From the NCBI GenBank assembly GCA_002269645.1, contig NIVC01003253.1, positions 1 through 64,000 of the forward strand: a DNA stretch of 64,000 nt, given 5' to 3'. The notes beneath the pieces were generated by a model that worked only from the letters and a program-made list of their open reading frames with translations, ran no database searches and had not been told where the DNA came from. Position numbers and translations under genes: made by a program. The stretch comes from Macrostomum lignano (Eukaryota). Below are positions 35,373 to 49,900 of the stretch, one piece after another. Within the stretch, counting starts at the first letter, position 1; every line of letters begins with the position of its first letter.

Positions 35373-38300
35373 GTGAGTCCGGCTGTGCTGGATGGGGTCC
35401 GGAGAGTGAGTCCGGCTGTGCTGGATGGGGTCCGGAGAGTGCAGAGTCCGGTTGTGCTGGATGGGGTCCGGAGAGTGAGTCCGGCTGTGCTGGATGGGGT
35501 CCGGAGAGTGAGTCCGGCTGTGCTGGATAGGGTCCGGAGAGTGAGTCCGGCTGTGCTGGATAGGGTCCGGAGAGTGAGTCCGGCTGTGCTGGATAGGGTC
35601 CGGAGAGTGAGTCCGGCTGTGCTGGATAGGGTCCGGAGAGTGAGTCCGGCTGTGCTGGATAGGGTCCGGAGAGTGAGTCCGGCTGTGCTGGATAGGGTCC
35701 GGAGAGTGAGTCCGGCTGTGCTGGATGGGGTCCGGAGAGTGCAGAGTCCGGTTGTGCTGGATCGGGTCCGGAGAGTGAGTCCGGCTGTGCTGGATAGGGT
35801 CCGGAGAGTGGGTCTGGCTGTGCTGGATAGGGTCCGGAGAGTGAGTCCGGCTGTGCTGGATGGGGTCCGGAGAGTGCAGAGTCCGGTTGTGCTGGATCGG
35901 GTCCGGAGAGTGAGTCCGGCTGTGCTGGATAGGGTCCGGAGAGTGAGTCCGGCTGTGCTGATGGGGTCATGAGAGTGAGTCCGGCTGTGCTGGATAGGGT
36001 CCGGAGAGTGAGTCTGGCTGTGCTGGATGGGGTCCGGAGAGTGAGTCCGGCTGTGCTGATGGGGTCCGGAGAGTGCAGAGTCCGGTTGTGCTGGATAGGG
36101 TCCGGAGAGTGAGTCCGGCTGTGCTGGATGGGGTCCGGAGAGTGAGTCCGGCCGTCCGGATTTGAAGAGTAAGGGGTCAAGACGGCGGTGCAAAAGTACT
36201 GTTGGGTCGTTTTCTTAGATAAAAAGCCGCCAAAGCAGTTCGCTAGGGAATTCCCGAACAGATTATAGAATTCACATTGAATTGAACGTATTTTACAAGA
36301 GATTAACTGCAGTGTGGCTCGTAAAATCAGAAACAGGGAAACGCGTGCTTTAGGAGCTCAAGAACCGAGGATGACCCTAAAATTCATATCGGAACAGCGC
36401 CTCGACCATTAAGTGCGCCAGTTCGCTTATAGGCTGAGAGAGGAATATGCAAATATCAAAATTTGCATCGCATTTCGCCTGGAGCTTTGAGCTGGTGTCG
36501 GTCACTCTTGCGAGCTAGCATCTTTTATTCGTCACCACCGCCAACACTCCCAAGCAGCAGTGATTTCCGCAGGGATTTTCTCTGGCTTGGAATGAAAAAG
36601 AGCCTCTTACAGTCGCATGTTCAAGAGACGATTATTCGCTTTTTCAGCTTTTTCAGCTTGCCAATTTTTAGTTTGCTCCCGAGAACTCGTAGCGCTGAAT
36701 GAGGCTTCGCCGTGTAGCACACCCAAGGATGTCTGAATCACTCTGGACAGAAAGCTCACTAACCATGGTGAACATGGTACAAGACAAGGACTACTAAAGT
36801 AGAAGGACGGGAAACCTCGTTTCTTGGAAAATTTTAGAAGGCCGGTTTTTTCCGAAAAAAATACACTACGGAGATAGGAAGTTTTCATTTTTTCAGCACA
36901 ATAGTTGTTATTGCTTTCGATAGGAGGCAGACCCAGTGTTCATTTTTGAGATGTTGTGCCTTTCCTATAGCTCTATTGATATTGATATTGATATTCATTT
37001 ATTATTGAATAATACCAAAAATATCTCAGATAATGCAAATAATGTCCCAGAAAGTCTTTATATCTATGTTTTATTATATATTTCTGGTAGCGTATGTGCA
37101 TAAACATAAGCAGAAATGCTGCTTTAGTAAAGCAGGGCCGGCTGCCGATAGTCGCAATTTCATTTAGACGACCTTTTGGGCTTGTATAGTAACCAGCATG
37201 AGAAATCCGGGAAAATGTCATCGTTACCATCACTTTTTTGCAACTTCGGAGACTTCACCCAGAAGTTCGTCTTGCCCTATGCAGCGACCCTTTGACTTGC
37301 CCGAACTGCAAAACAAAGAAGCATGATTGGTCTATAAGTGTTCTAAACAAGCATTGCCAAACGTTTTTTTTAATTACAAACCTTGGTTTTGAACGAGGCA
37401 CGATATTGGAACTCCGTCAATAATTGATGGCGGATTGAGGGGCTTTTAATTACGCAGCTTTTTAATTATAACAGCTTCTTGGGGGTAGTGCTTCGCACAC
37501 ACATGCATCTGCGCATGTCACATGTCACCTACCTTCCATAGCAGATTTGAGTATTAAATTATTTTTAACGCCAAATGAGAGTCAAGAAACACTTAATAAA
37601 GTGTAAGAAGACGGACTTGCAAACTATTTCCCTATTTCCGGCGCCTTATTTGTTTCCCTCGCACTTATCACCTGTGTAGCCTTCTCTTTAAAAGCCAAAA
37701 AGGCTTTATATTCGCATAAGGCTTGGCCATAGACTATGCTTAATCTAAATAAGCCGATTACCAGTGTACTTTTTTCACCATGATTTGCGAGTCTCTCGTC
37801 CGGAGTGATTAAGAAGTCCTTGGAGCTTACTAAATGCACTGGCAACACGGCAAATAAACGTTTCTTTCAGGCCTTCAGCTTATTTCTAAGAAAACCGAGT
37901 GTGGCTTCCTACCAGCCAGATTGGCTCTCCCTAAGAACTAAAACGCTCTAGCGAAGAGTAATTAATTTCTCTGCGCCACCTGCAACCAGCCAATTTAATA
38001 ATTTTTGCTTCACAAATTTGCAGCAACTCAAATCAGCCTCAGACGAGCGACAAAGTTCGCTTCCTGCATCCCGGATATCAACAGCCGCAGCAGCCGCCTT
38101 CGCAGCCAACGTGGAAAACAGCAGTAGATTGGTCGGTAAGTACAAAGCAATGAAAAAAAGCGTAAAGACAACGAAATCAAGCGATTTTTTTTTATTCACG
38201 TCTGGATTTTGGCATTCACAATCCAGAAAGTGTTTGGAAGCTAACTAATTTTGTAAAGCACTGAAAATTTGTATTTCAAGTTATTATTGTGCTAAAGACT

Positions 38301-41300
38301 ATTATTCAGATAAAAAATGAATGTTGCAATGAAATCAGAGTCATTTGTTGTCTTTGCTATGAAGACGTTCACTCGTCCTTCTGGTACTTCCTCTTGCAAA
38401 CCACTCCCTTGGCCTCGAGGGTCATGACGAAGCTTTTGCCGTCGGAGCCGAGCTCCCGAATGATGGTGGAGTTCGGGTCGCCCTTCTGCTCCTGGATCAG
38501 CTTGTTGCCCTCCAGACGCACGGTGGACTTCACCTTGCGGCCGTCGGCGGTGGTCTCTTCGAACTCCTCGCCGAGGGCGAAGCTGATCTCGGCGCTCTTG
38601 AAGGTGGAGGTGGTCTTGATGGTCCAGCGGCCGCCAGCCTCGCTGATCTCCTGCACCGGCTTGGCAGTGGAGCCGGCGGTCCTCATCACCAGGCCGACGC
38701 CCAGAGCCTTCATGTACTCATCGAAGTTCTCGGAGTCAACGAGCTTCCACTTGCCTGCGAATCCTCCGGCCGACATGTCTTTGCTGTGCGTGTGCTTGCT
38801 GCGAATGAATATCGGGTGAATTGGGTGAATTACAGCGGGTGGCGAGGCTCAGGCAAAGCGCGGCTCGGGCTGATTTATGCGCCTAGAATCTGTTATCTTA
38901 TCTGTCTGAGTACCTGCGCAGAGCCCCTTCTCTGTCTCTCTGTCCTGCGTCTGCATACCCCCCCCCCCCTGCTGGCAAGTTGACTCACGCAGTGGGGCCC
39001 CTGGCACTGCATTCGCTACAAAGGTCGCAATGCGAGTATCGGGACTGAGCAGCTCGCTCCGGCCTCACGCGTGTAGCGGACTGGGAGAGTCGCAATGTTT
39101 GCTCAGTCAACTTTGTCTGTTGTCTAATTGGAGATAATAACAAAATGACCCCAACCCCCAGTCCCGTACCTTGGCCCGCCCCGTCTGCCCCCGACAGCCC
39201 TTCAGACCACTGAGCAGGCGATTCTCTCCCCTCCGAAGTCAGTTTGAGATGATTAAAAGTCCGCAGTCTGAGCAAAAACAACACGACTCGGCACCCGACA
39301 GTTAGTGAAGGCGCGCTGTGGAGTTTCTCACCTTTTTTTGACTTGCTCGCGCCACCTGCGCTTATCTGGGTACCAAAAACTTGGAGACAATTTGCCAACA
39401 ATCTTTTGGCTTCAGAAGGCAGCAACCAGTTTTTAACTGAGCTGCGCATTGAACTGAGAAACACTTTGGACTCTGAAAACTGTTCGAATCTTTATACTTG
39501 CTATGGCTAAGCCTCTGAAAGCAACTAGCAACAGTTTGGTTGTATCGCTGCTTGCTGGTAGAATATTTTTTCCACGCAGCCGAATGCTAAGAATGGTATT
39601 AGCTAGCTTGCATGTTTGACCTAGCCAACAACTGCAGTTAGAGTGTTGCCAGATAGTTGGTATCGAACTGGCACAAAGTTACAAGTGTTGGGCAGACACT
39701 GTTCATTTTCACATATGTGTTTGTGCGCTACTTTTGGACGCATTTTATCAATAAAATGCAAAATGCGCAAAAGAAGTCCTTCTGTGTCCGTGGGCGCCTT
39801 GCGACAATATGAACGGGATGTAGTTCCGTTTGCTTTTTTACGGAACTCCTGACACCCAGTTTGGCACTCCTGACACCCAGTTTGGCACTCCTGACACCAA
39901 GTTTGGCACTCCTGACACCCAGTTTGGCACTCCTGACACCAAGTTTGGCACTATTGACACCAAGTTTGGCACTCCTGACACCAAGTTTGGCACTATTGAC
40001 ACCAAGTTTGGCACTCCTGACACCAAGTTTGGCACTATTGACACCAAGTTTGGCACTCCTGACACCCAGTTTGGCACTATTGACACCAAGTTTGGCACTC
40101 CTGACACCCAGTTTGGCACTCCTGACACCAAGTTTGGCACTATTGACACCAAGTTTGGCACTCCTGACACCAAGTTTGGCACTATTGACACCAAGTTTGG
40201 CACTCCTGACACCAAGTTTGGCACTATTGACACCAAGTTTGGCACTCCTGACACCCAGTTTGGCACTATTGACACCAAGTTTGGCACTCCTGACACCCAG
40301 TTTGGCACTCCTGACACCCAGTTTGTTGCCTTTAGCATCAAATCGATCCCTTTCCTAACAATTGTTTCGCGGCAATTGCGTTTTCCAATATACGAGACTG
40401 CGGTCAGATCAATGCAACCAAAACTGGCGCGCAGGACTCGGCGGTCAATGGGGAGCACATCTGGATTGACACTGGCGCCAGCGGCGACTTCTGCTATGTT
40501 GGCGAGTCCGACTGCACCGTGAGTCACCCAAACCTACCTAAAATAAGTGGCATGGATGACCAATTTTAAAAAAATGTAATCCACAGAAAACCGGAGCCAA
40601 GAAGAAGTGCACCACCTGCAAGATTATCATTCACACGGGATGTTTCGGCCAATTGGCAAAGGTATGAAAGCTGGTGTAATTTACTAAAAAATTATAGCAA
40701 CCGCTGTTCAGTCCAAGGACTGGGGGGTCGACACACACCCTCAGTTACCCTCGGGTCCTTTGAAACTTTACAATAGCAACCCGGCCTGCACAAAGTTTGT
40801 GTTTCTTCTCAGCTCTCTTTCTGTTCTCTCCTGTTCTCTCCCCTCTCCTCTCTCCCTTCTCTCCCTTCGCTCCTCTTCTCTCCCCTCTCCTCTCTCCCTT
40901 CTCTCCCTTCTCTCCTCTTCTCTCCCCTCTCCTCTCTCCCTTCTCTCCCTTCGCTCCTGTTCTCTCCCTCTCCTCTCTCCCTTCTCTCCCTTCGCTCCTC
41001 TTCTCTCCCCTCTCCTCTCTCCCTTCTCTCACTTCGCTCCTGTTCTCTCCCCTCTCCTCTCTCCCTTCTCTCCCTTCGCTCCTGTTCTCTCCCCTCTCCT
41101 CTCTCCCTTCGCTCCTGTTCTCTCCCTCTCCTCTCTCCCTTCTCTCCCTTCGCTCCTCTTCTCTCCCCTCTCCTCTCTCCCTTCTCTCCCTTCGCTCCTG
41201 TTCTCTCCCTCTCCTCTCTCCCTTCTCTCCCTTCGCTCCTGTTCTCTCCCTCTCCTCTCTCCCTTCTCTCCTTTCGCTCCTCTTCTCTCCCCTCTCCTCT

Positions 41301-44300
41301 CTCCCTTCTCTCCCTTCGCTCCTCTTCTCTCCCCTCTCCTCTCTCCCTTCTCTCCCTTCGCTCCTCTTCTCTCCCCTCTCCTCTCTCCTTTCTCTCCCTT
41401 CGCTCCTCTTCTCTCCCCTCTCCTCTCTCCCTTCTCTCCCTTCGCTCCTGTTCTCTCCCTCTCCTCTCTCCCTTCTCTCCCTTCGCTCCTCTTCTCTCCC
41501 CTCTCCTCTCTCCCTTCTCTCACTTCGCTCCTGTTCTCTCCCTCTCCTCTCTCCCTTCTCTCCCTTCGCTCCTCTTCTCTCCCCTCTCCTCTCTCCCTTC
41601 TCTCACTTCGCTCCTGTTCTCTCCCTCTCCTCTCTCCCTTCTCTCCCTTCGCTCCTCTTCTCTCCCCTCTCCTCTCTCCCTTCTCTCCCTTCGCTCCTCT
41701 TCTCTCCCCTCTCCTCTCTCCTTTCTCTCCCTTCGCTCCTCTTCTCTCCCCTCTCCTCTCTCCCTTCTCTCCCTTCGCTCCTGTTCTCTCCCTCTCCTCT
41801 CTCCCTTCTCTCCCTTCGCTCCTCTTCTCTCCCCTCTCCTCTCTCCCTTCTCTCACTTCGCTCCTGTTCTCTCCCTCTCCTCTCTCCCTTCTCTCCCTTC
41901 GCTCCTCTTCTCTCCCCTCTCCTCTCTCCCTTCTCTCACTTCGCTCCTGTTCTCTCCCTCTCCTCTCTCCCTTCTCTCCCTTCTCTCCTGTTCTCTACCC
42001 TCTCCTCTTTCCCTCCTTTCCTTTCCTCTTCTCTCGCCTCTCTCCCCTCTCCTCTCTCCCTCCTTTGCTTTCCTCTTCTCTCGCCTCTCTCCCCTCTCCT
42101 CTCTCCCTCCTTTCCTTTCCTCTTCTCTCGCCTCTCTCCCCTTTTCTCTCATCTTATCTGACAACATAGCTCTTCTCTCATTCCATATCTCGCCTCTCTT
42201 CTTCCCTCTCATTTCTCATCTATTGTTTCTTCTCCTTTCCTCTCTCACCTGGCCCGCAGCCTTGAGCTGGATTCTCAATGCGGCCCTTGAGGTAAAAAAG
42301 TTTGTCGACCCCTGCCTTAAAGGCTGGCTGTCAGTGCAAAATCCCATTAATTCAGTAATCAACACAGTCTTATATTTTGCTTCTCTCTCTCCGTTGCTTT
42401 TTCGGCTAGAAAACACGCGGCCGCCGCTTATTGCCTAACGAAATTTGGTCGCATTTTGTCTCCTGTCTCCCCGGTCCCCGCCTCCCTCTTGTACCGATCC
42501 TGGCGTGCAGGGCGTGGGCGGCTGGCGGCAGTGCTGGGAGCAACGATTTGGCCCAGATGTTGTGTGTGTGTGTGCGTGCGTGTTTCCGCGAACTGCGCTT
42601 CGTATAACGGGTCTCACATTTCCATAAGAGGCAGAGAAGAGAGAGACAGAGGAAGGAGGGGAGTAGGAAGGCAGTCTGATTAAGCACTGGCTTGACTACA
42701 GCGAATTCCGTTGTAAATAACGTTTAAAAAATAAGCCAAAAAAGAAAACCAACATGTTTTTTAGCTGTGAGCGCACCTGACCTTCGTATGATCTGGGGTT
42801 CCCGGAGGGTGCGCAATATCTTGCAAATCGGTATAACTGTACAAACTGTACACCACCCTTGAGCAACCGACTTCTTACACCCTTCGGACTTTTTCCCTAC
42901 TTCTTAAAGCAACTACTTAAACCATTTAATCCTTTAGAATTTAAACCCTTCAGCCCTCCCCAAACCCTTCCCTTCAACCCTTCAACCCTTCAGCCCTCCA
43001 GCCCTCCTTTCAACCCTTCAATCGTTTTGCAGATCTCATTTCGCTGCAAGCCAACATTTCGCGAGGGTGGCATCAAAGGATCCCGCGAGGCTGGGCGCCA
43101 GGGTGAGGTGAGTGCTCTACATCATCTTCATCGTTTGCATAGTCACGCCACTCGAAAGCTAAGTAAATAAGGTCAGAACAAAGTCTGAAAGAGCCAGACA
43201 AGTCTCATCAACGCTCAAAAGCAAGTGTCTTCTCCGCCCTCCTGCCTGGGAATTTTCAGCTGTTTATGAAGCATCACTGGGTGCACAGAAGACGTCAAGA
43301 TGGAAAGTGCAAGGCGTGCGGTAAGGTAAGCAAAAGCAGAAACCTATTTATTCCTCTGCACTTGGTCCCGGCCATAGACTACAGAAACGTATTTATTCCC
43401 CTGCACTTGGTCCCGGCCATAGACTACAGAAACGTATTTATTCCCCTGCACTTGGTCCCGGCCATAGACTACAGAAACTTATTTATTCCCCTATTAGGCC
43501 CGGCCACAGACTACAGAAACGTACTTATTCCCCTATTACGCCCGGCCATAGACTATAGAAACGTATTTATAGCATAGTTCGCATAGCGCCAAGTGAGGAT
43601 TACCGAAGACAGTCGCGGCGGGTAGTGAAACGCGTGCTTTAATCACCCGCTGTATTTGCACTGAATCAATGGCCTCTTTACCATAGACATTCTCTAAACT
43701 GATATGTCCAACTGATTATTGATTATCCAATTAAATTACGGTATTTTTCATCTAGACGAACAATTTCAGTCATTCCAGCAGAAGTTCCCGTTCAACAACA
43801 AGGAGGTGATAGCGATCTCCTGCAGTTGGTGCAAAGCGGCCTACCACAACAAGGTCAACTGCTTCATGATGCACCTCATCGATGAGTCCTGCAATTTCGG
43901 GCCGCACGCGTCAATCATTCTGCCGCCGTCCTGGGTGACAAAAACTCCGCCCAAGTGTCGGAATCGATCCTCGATTAGGCGGCGAAGTTTTCATAAGAAT
44001 TCGTTTAAACGACGAAAATCCAAGTCGAATATGCAGCCGCCGGCAGCTGCTGGCGGTGGTGGCGGCGCCTGCGCAGGAGGCGGTGCGCAAGTGTCAGCCG
44101 GGACCAACAGTAAAGACAGTGAGAGCATTTTGTGTATCTGTTCCTTGACAGCTCGGTGCGGTGAAGTAGTCTACGGAGTAGATAAAGGAGTAGACTCTGG
44201 CGTAGATAGAAAATTAGACTGGCATAGGTAGAGAAGTAGACTGCGGCATAGATAGAGTAGACTGTGGCGTAGATAGAGAAGTAGACTGCGGAGTAGATTT

Positions 44301-46587
44301 CGTCGCAACTAAATAAAAGCAGCTCCCCCCTCGGACGCAGGCCAGCCCCCAGCCCAGCTGTCACCAGCCGCCCATTCTGCATTCGTCATCAAGCCGGTGG
44401 CGTCCCCGCCGCATGTCCGCCCTATCCTGGTGTTCATCAATCCGCGCTCCGGCGGCAATCTCGGCGCCAAACTGATGCACAAATTTCTCTGGCTGCTCAA
44501 TCCTCGCCAGGTGTTTGACCTGACGCAGCACGAGCCGGCCTTTGCACTCGATCTGTTCCGCCGGGTGCCCGGGTTCCGCATCCTCGTCTGCGGCGGTGAC
44601 GGCACAGCGGGCTGGGTGCTGTCCACCATCGACAGGCTTGGCATCAGCCCCTGCCCGCCCGTGGCCATCCTGCCGCTGGGCACCGGCAACGATCTGGCCA
44701 GGACGCTCAACTGGGGTGCCGGCTACACGGACGAGCCGCTGTCCAAAATTCTCTGCTGCGTTGAGGAGGGCCGAGTTGTGCTGCTGGATAGGTGGGTCAG
44801 GACTGTACGATTGAAACTGCTGTCACTCTCTGACTGTCACTCTCTGACTGTCACTCTCTGACTGTCACTCTCTGACTGTCACTCTCTGACTGTCACTCTC
44901 TGACTGTCACTCTCTGACTGTCACTCTCTGACTGTCACTCTCTGACTGTCACTCTCTGACTGTCACTCTCTGACTGTCACTCTCTGACTGTCACTCTCTG
45001 ACTGTCACTCTCTGACTGTCACTCTCTGACTGTCACTCTCTGACTGTCACTCTCTGACTGTCACTCTCTGACTGTCACTCTCTGACTGTCACTCTCTGAC
45101 TGTCACTCTCTGACTGTCACTCTCTGACTGTCACTCTCTGACTGTCACTCTCTGACTGTCACTCTCTGACTGTCACTCTCTGACTGTCACTCTCTGACTG
45201 TCACTCTCTGACTGTCACTCTCTGACTGTCACTCTCTGACTGTCACTCTCTGACTGTCACTCTCTCTGACTGTCACTCTCTGACTTTCACTCTCTGACTG
45301 TCACTCTCTGACTGTCAGTCTCTCTGACTGTCACTCTCTGACTGTCACTCTCTGACTGTCACTCTCTGACTGTCACTCTCTGACTGTCACTCTCTGACTG
45401 TCACTCTCTCTGACTGTCACTCTCTCTGACTGTCACTCTCTGACTTTCACTCTCTGACTGTCACTCTCTCTGACTGTCGCTCTCTCTGACTGTCACTCTC
45501 TCTGACTGTCACTCTCTCTGACTGTCACTCTCTGACTGTCACTCTCTGACTGTCACTCTCTGACTGTCACTCTCTCTGACTGTCACTCTCTGACTGTCAC
45601 TCTCTGACTGTCACTCTCTCTGACTGTCACTCTCTCTGACTGTCACTCTCTCTGACTGTCACTCTCTCTGACTGTCACTCTCTCTGACTGTCACTCTCTG
45701 ACTTTCACTCTCTGACTGTCACTCTCTGACTGTCAGTCTCTCTGATTGTCACTCTCTGATTTTCACTCTCTGACTGTCACTCTCTCTGACTGTCACTCTC
45801 TGACTGTCACTCTCTCTGACTGTCACTCTCTGACTGTTTCTCTCTGACTGTCACTCTCTCTGACTGTCACTCTCCCGAATTGACTCGTCTGTCAGTGCCG
45901 CAAGGAAACTATTATTTTCGCTAAATCTGTGTCTTGAGTGGCATCAAAGAACTAAGAATACGAGCTGAGACCTACTCAGCCACAGCCCTGGATGCCAGAT
46001 GATTTATGACCTTGTCTCAGCTAGTCGCTGCATCCGTAGCATCGCCAGCCTTCCTGCTTCTGAGCTCGCGTGGATTCGAACGCATTTGAGGATGGCTATA
46101 AAAAGCTGATTAATGGAAAGGTCAAAAGAAATGGGCTCCGGAATAGGAAAGACAGGGAATGCCATGATCTATCTAGATTTTTAGTATCCGCCTGGGAATA
46201 ACGAATAATTAATAATCATAAATCTGGATTCGAGAAAGCTCTATTGACAATGCCGTGGGCACTTAAGCAACTGATAGATTCAAAGCGTGGGCTGAGGGGC
46301 GGCCAGTGATTAAAGACTGAACTCATCCGCAGGTGGCACGTGGACATCGAGCCCAATCCCGACTGCCCAGCTGAGGCGGCAGCTCCTGACGCCAACAGCG
46401 AGTCTGGGAGCTGCGGCGGCAGCGGCGGCGGCGGCGGCGGCAGGTCGACCTACGACAAGCCGCATGTGAGCGTCTTCAATAACTATTTCAGTCTGGGAGC
46501 CGACGCCGCCGTGGCGCTGGAGTTCCACGAGTCTAGAGGTAACTGTCTGTCTGTCTATCTGTCTGTCTGTCTGTCTGTCTGTCTGCC

Positions 46588-46624
<37 letters not shown>

Positions 46625-46704
46625 GCCTGTCTGTCTGTCTATCTGTCTGTCTGTCTGTCTGTCTGTCTGCCTGTCTGTCTGTCTGTCTGTGTCTGTCTGT
46701 CTGC

Positions 46705-46790
<86 letters not shown>

Positions 46791-46826
46791 GCCTGTCTGT
46801 CTGTCTGTCTGTGTCTGTCTGTCTGC

Positions 46827-46908
<82 letters not shown>

Positions 46909-46941
46909 GCCTGTCTGTCTGCCTGTCTGTCTGACTGTCTA

Positions 46942-46986
<45 letters not shown>

Positions 46987-49900
46987 GTGCCTGTCTGTCT
47001 GTCTGTCTGTCTGTCTCAAGCTGACCTCAATTTGAACCCCAAATTTGCAGAGGCCAATCCGGAGCGCTTCAGCAGCCGGCTGAGAAACATGATGTTCTAT
47101 GCTGGGGTGAGAGCTGCAGAAAATGCCTGATATTTGCTAGGGCTTCCGTGTAACACAAATTGCCTCATGACGCAAATGTAACGCAGAAAAAGCGCTAAAA
47201 ATTATAAGCAAATTAAACCAATTAGTTCAGGAAATCAAATTTGGAAAATCTCGCCCACGCAACTCAGAGAGAAGGATAATAGTACTTTCTGAGTGCAAAC
47301 TAATTATATTAATTAACTGATTAGGCAGTCCACCTAAATTAGGTAAATCTCCATCTGGCACTGCTCACGAGCGGGAGCCGAATAACCAAGAGAAAAGAAT
47401 TTTTTAAAATAGGTTGCATGATTTCTAGGCTATCTCAGGCCGAGCTCAAACTCGTAAATAGTTTTCCTTTCGTTACCATGCAGGAAGGCTCCAGGTCCAT
47501 TCTCAGGCGGCCGTGGCGCGATCTTAGCCAGGTTGTACTTTTAGAGGTGAGCTCTTGACGATTGCGTATTTGCGTAAATGCAAATTTTGCCACCTTTGCG
47601 CGCTTGTAAAATATGCGCGCCTAAAATGCCGGTGCGCATTTGTAACTATGCGCGCTTTCAATGCGCGCTAGTAAGATTTCATGCAAATGCAGCCGCGCTC
47701 ATTACTCAATCCAACCAGTGCGACGGGGCGAACCTGACCGATCGGATCCGCGAACTGCGCGTCACCTCCATTCTGTTTCTCAACATTCCAAAGTACAGCG
47801 CCGGCGCCATGCCCTGGGGAAATCCCACCGGTAGTCAGGGGTTCGAGCCCCAGCGGCCGGACGACGGATACGTGGAGGTCATTGGGTTCAGTTCCAGTCA
47901 CCTGGTGAGTCATTCAATCGCGCGGAAGTCCCAGCTGATTAAATGAGCTGAGCCGGCGGGACGGGAGAGAGAGATATATGGGAGATTTTATCCTCGGGGG
48001 GGGGGGTATAAAAAGGCCATCACGGGCCTGGAATCTGTGATGATGAAAACATCCCCATATTCAGTAAGGCAAGAGGATCTCGCATCGTTGAAGCACCACG
48101 CATCAGTGAGAGTGGGCCGACCTATTATAAAAAAACTTATTTTGTCCCTTGGGTGATAAATATTTACCAGTCTGTCCCTGCTGCCTGTGCAGGCCCTGCG
48201 AGTTCAGTCTGTAGAGGAATCAGGTTCCTCAACCAAAGGATTTTCAAGCATAACAGCCTCAAATGTCCAAATAGTCTCGGTCCAGATCTGGCCTTCATGC
48301 TTGATGACGCTTTTCGCTTAGCTAGTTTATGAATAGATAAAAGATTTTGCATTTATGCACTAAATTAAAAATGCCTCACAAACTACTAACAAAACAACTC
48401 GTTTCGATGCCATTCCGCAGGCCACTGTGCAGATGGGCTGGCATGGGCACCGGATCTGCCAGTGCAAGCACGCCGTGATACGGACTAGCAGAGTCATTCC
48501 CATTCAGGTAGGGCTTGACTGGGACTAGCTCAACTTGTAGCTCATTCAGGAAGAGTGCAGATCATTCAGGGAGAGTGCAGATCATTCAGGGAGAGTGCCG
48601 CTCATTCAGGGAGAGTGCAGATCATTCAGGGAGAGTGCAGATCAATCGGGGAGAGTGCCGCTCATTCAGGGAGAGTGCAGATCATTCAGGGAGAGTGCAG
48701 ATCAATCGGGGAGAGTGCAGATCATTCAGGGAGAGTGCAGATCATTCAGGGAGAGTGCAGATCATTCAGGGAGAGTGCAGATCATTCAGGGAGAGTGCAG
48801 ATCATTCAGGGAGAGTGCAGATCATTCAGGGAGAGTGCAGATCATTCAGGGAGAGTGCAGATCATTCAGGGAGAGTGCAGATCATTCAGGGAGAGTGCAG
48901 ATCATTCAGGGAGAGTGCAGATCATTCAGGGAGAGTGCAGATCATTCAGGGAGAGTGCAGATCATTCAGGGAGAGTGCAGATCATTCAGGGAGAGTGCAG
49001 ATCAATCGGGGAGAGTGCAGATCATTCAGGGAGAGTGCAGATCATTCAGGGAGAGTGCAGATCATTCAGGGAGAGTGCAGATCATTCAGGGAGAGTGCAG
49101 ATCATTCAGCGAGAGTGCAGATCATTCAGCGAGATTGCAGATCATTCAGGGAGAGTGCAGCTCTAACAGTGACGTCATTCAGATTGACGGAGAGCCGTGG
49201 CGGCTGCAGCCCTCGGTGATAGACATCCGGCTGCACAACCAGGCCAGCATGATCCAGAAGCCGAAGCGAAGGAACAGCGCTCCTCTGCTAGCCGAGTGAG
49301 TGCATGGCTTGGCCAGCTCAATAAAATAAAACAAAACTATTTGCTGACTGAGCCAATAAAAACTCACACCTACTTGCCGCATTTTAGCATGTCGATGTAA
49401 GTCCTGCTGCTGTTTCAGTCACTTGTAATTATTGGAATTGACAACTTTAGGTAAGGTATAGTAACTATAGTTAATTATTAAGCTGCTGGTTTCAGGTGCG
49501 ACTTCAAAGGCACGTTAATTATTCAACTAAAGCTGATCAAAGAAATATTCTCTTAGAGTTAATGGCTTTTAATTAATTATTTCATTAGCCTACCTAGCTT
49601 TGTGCATTGGTTTCAGGCTCTAAATGACGGTTTTTGCCTTTCTTTGCAGCAGATCCTTTGCTTTGTCTCAACTCTCCCAGGTGTGAAGCGTGCCCATTTT
49701 CATTTCCAAACCCTGCGTCCAGGTATTAACGCCCCTGTCTAACAGGTGACAACCCCTGTCTAACGGGTGACAACCCCTGTCTAACAGGTGACAACCCATG
49801 TCTAACAGGTGACAACCCCTGTCTAACGGGTGACACCCCTGTCTAACGGGTGACACCCCTGTCTAACGGGTGACACCCCTGTCTAACAGGTGACAACCCA

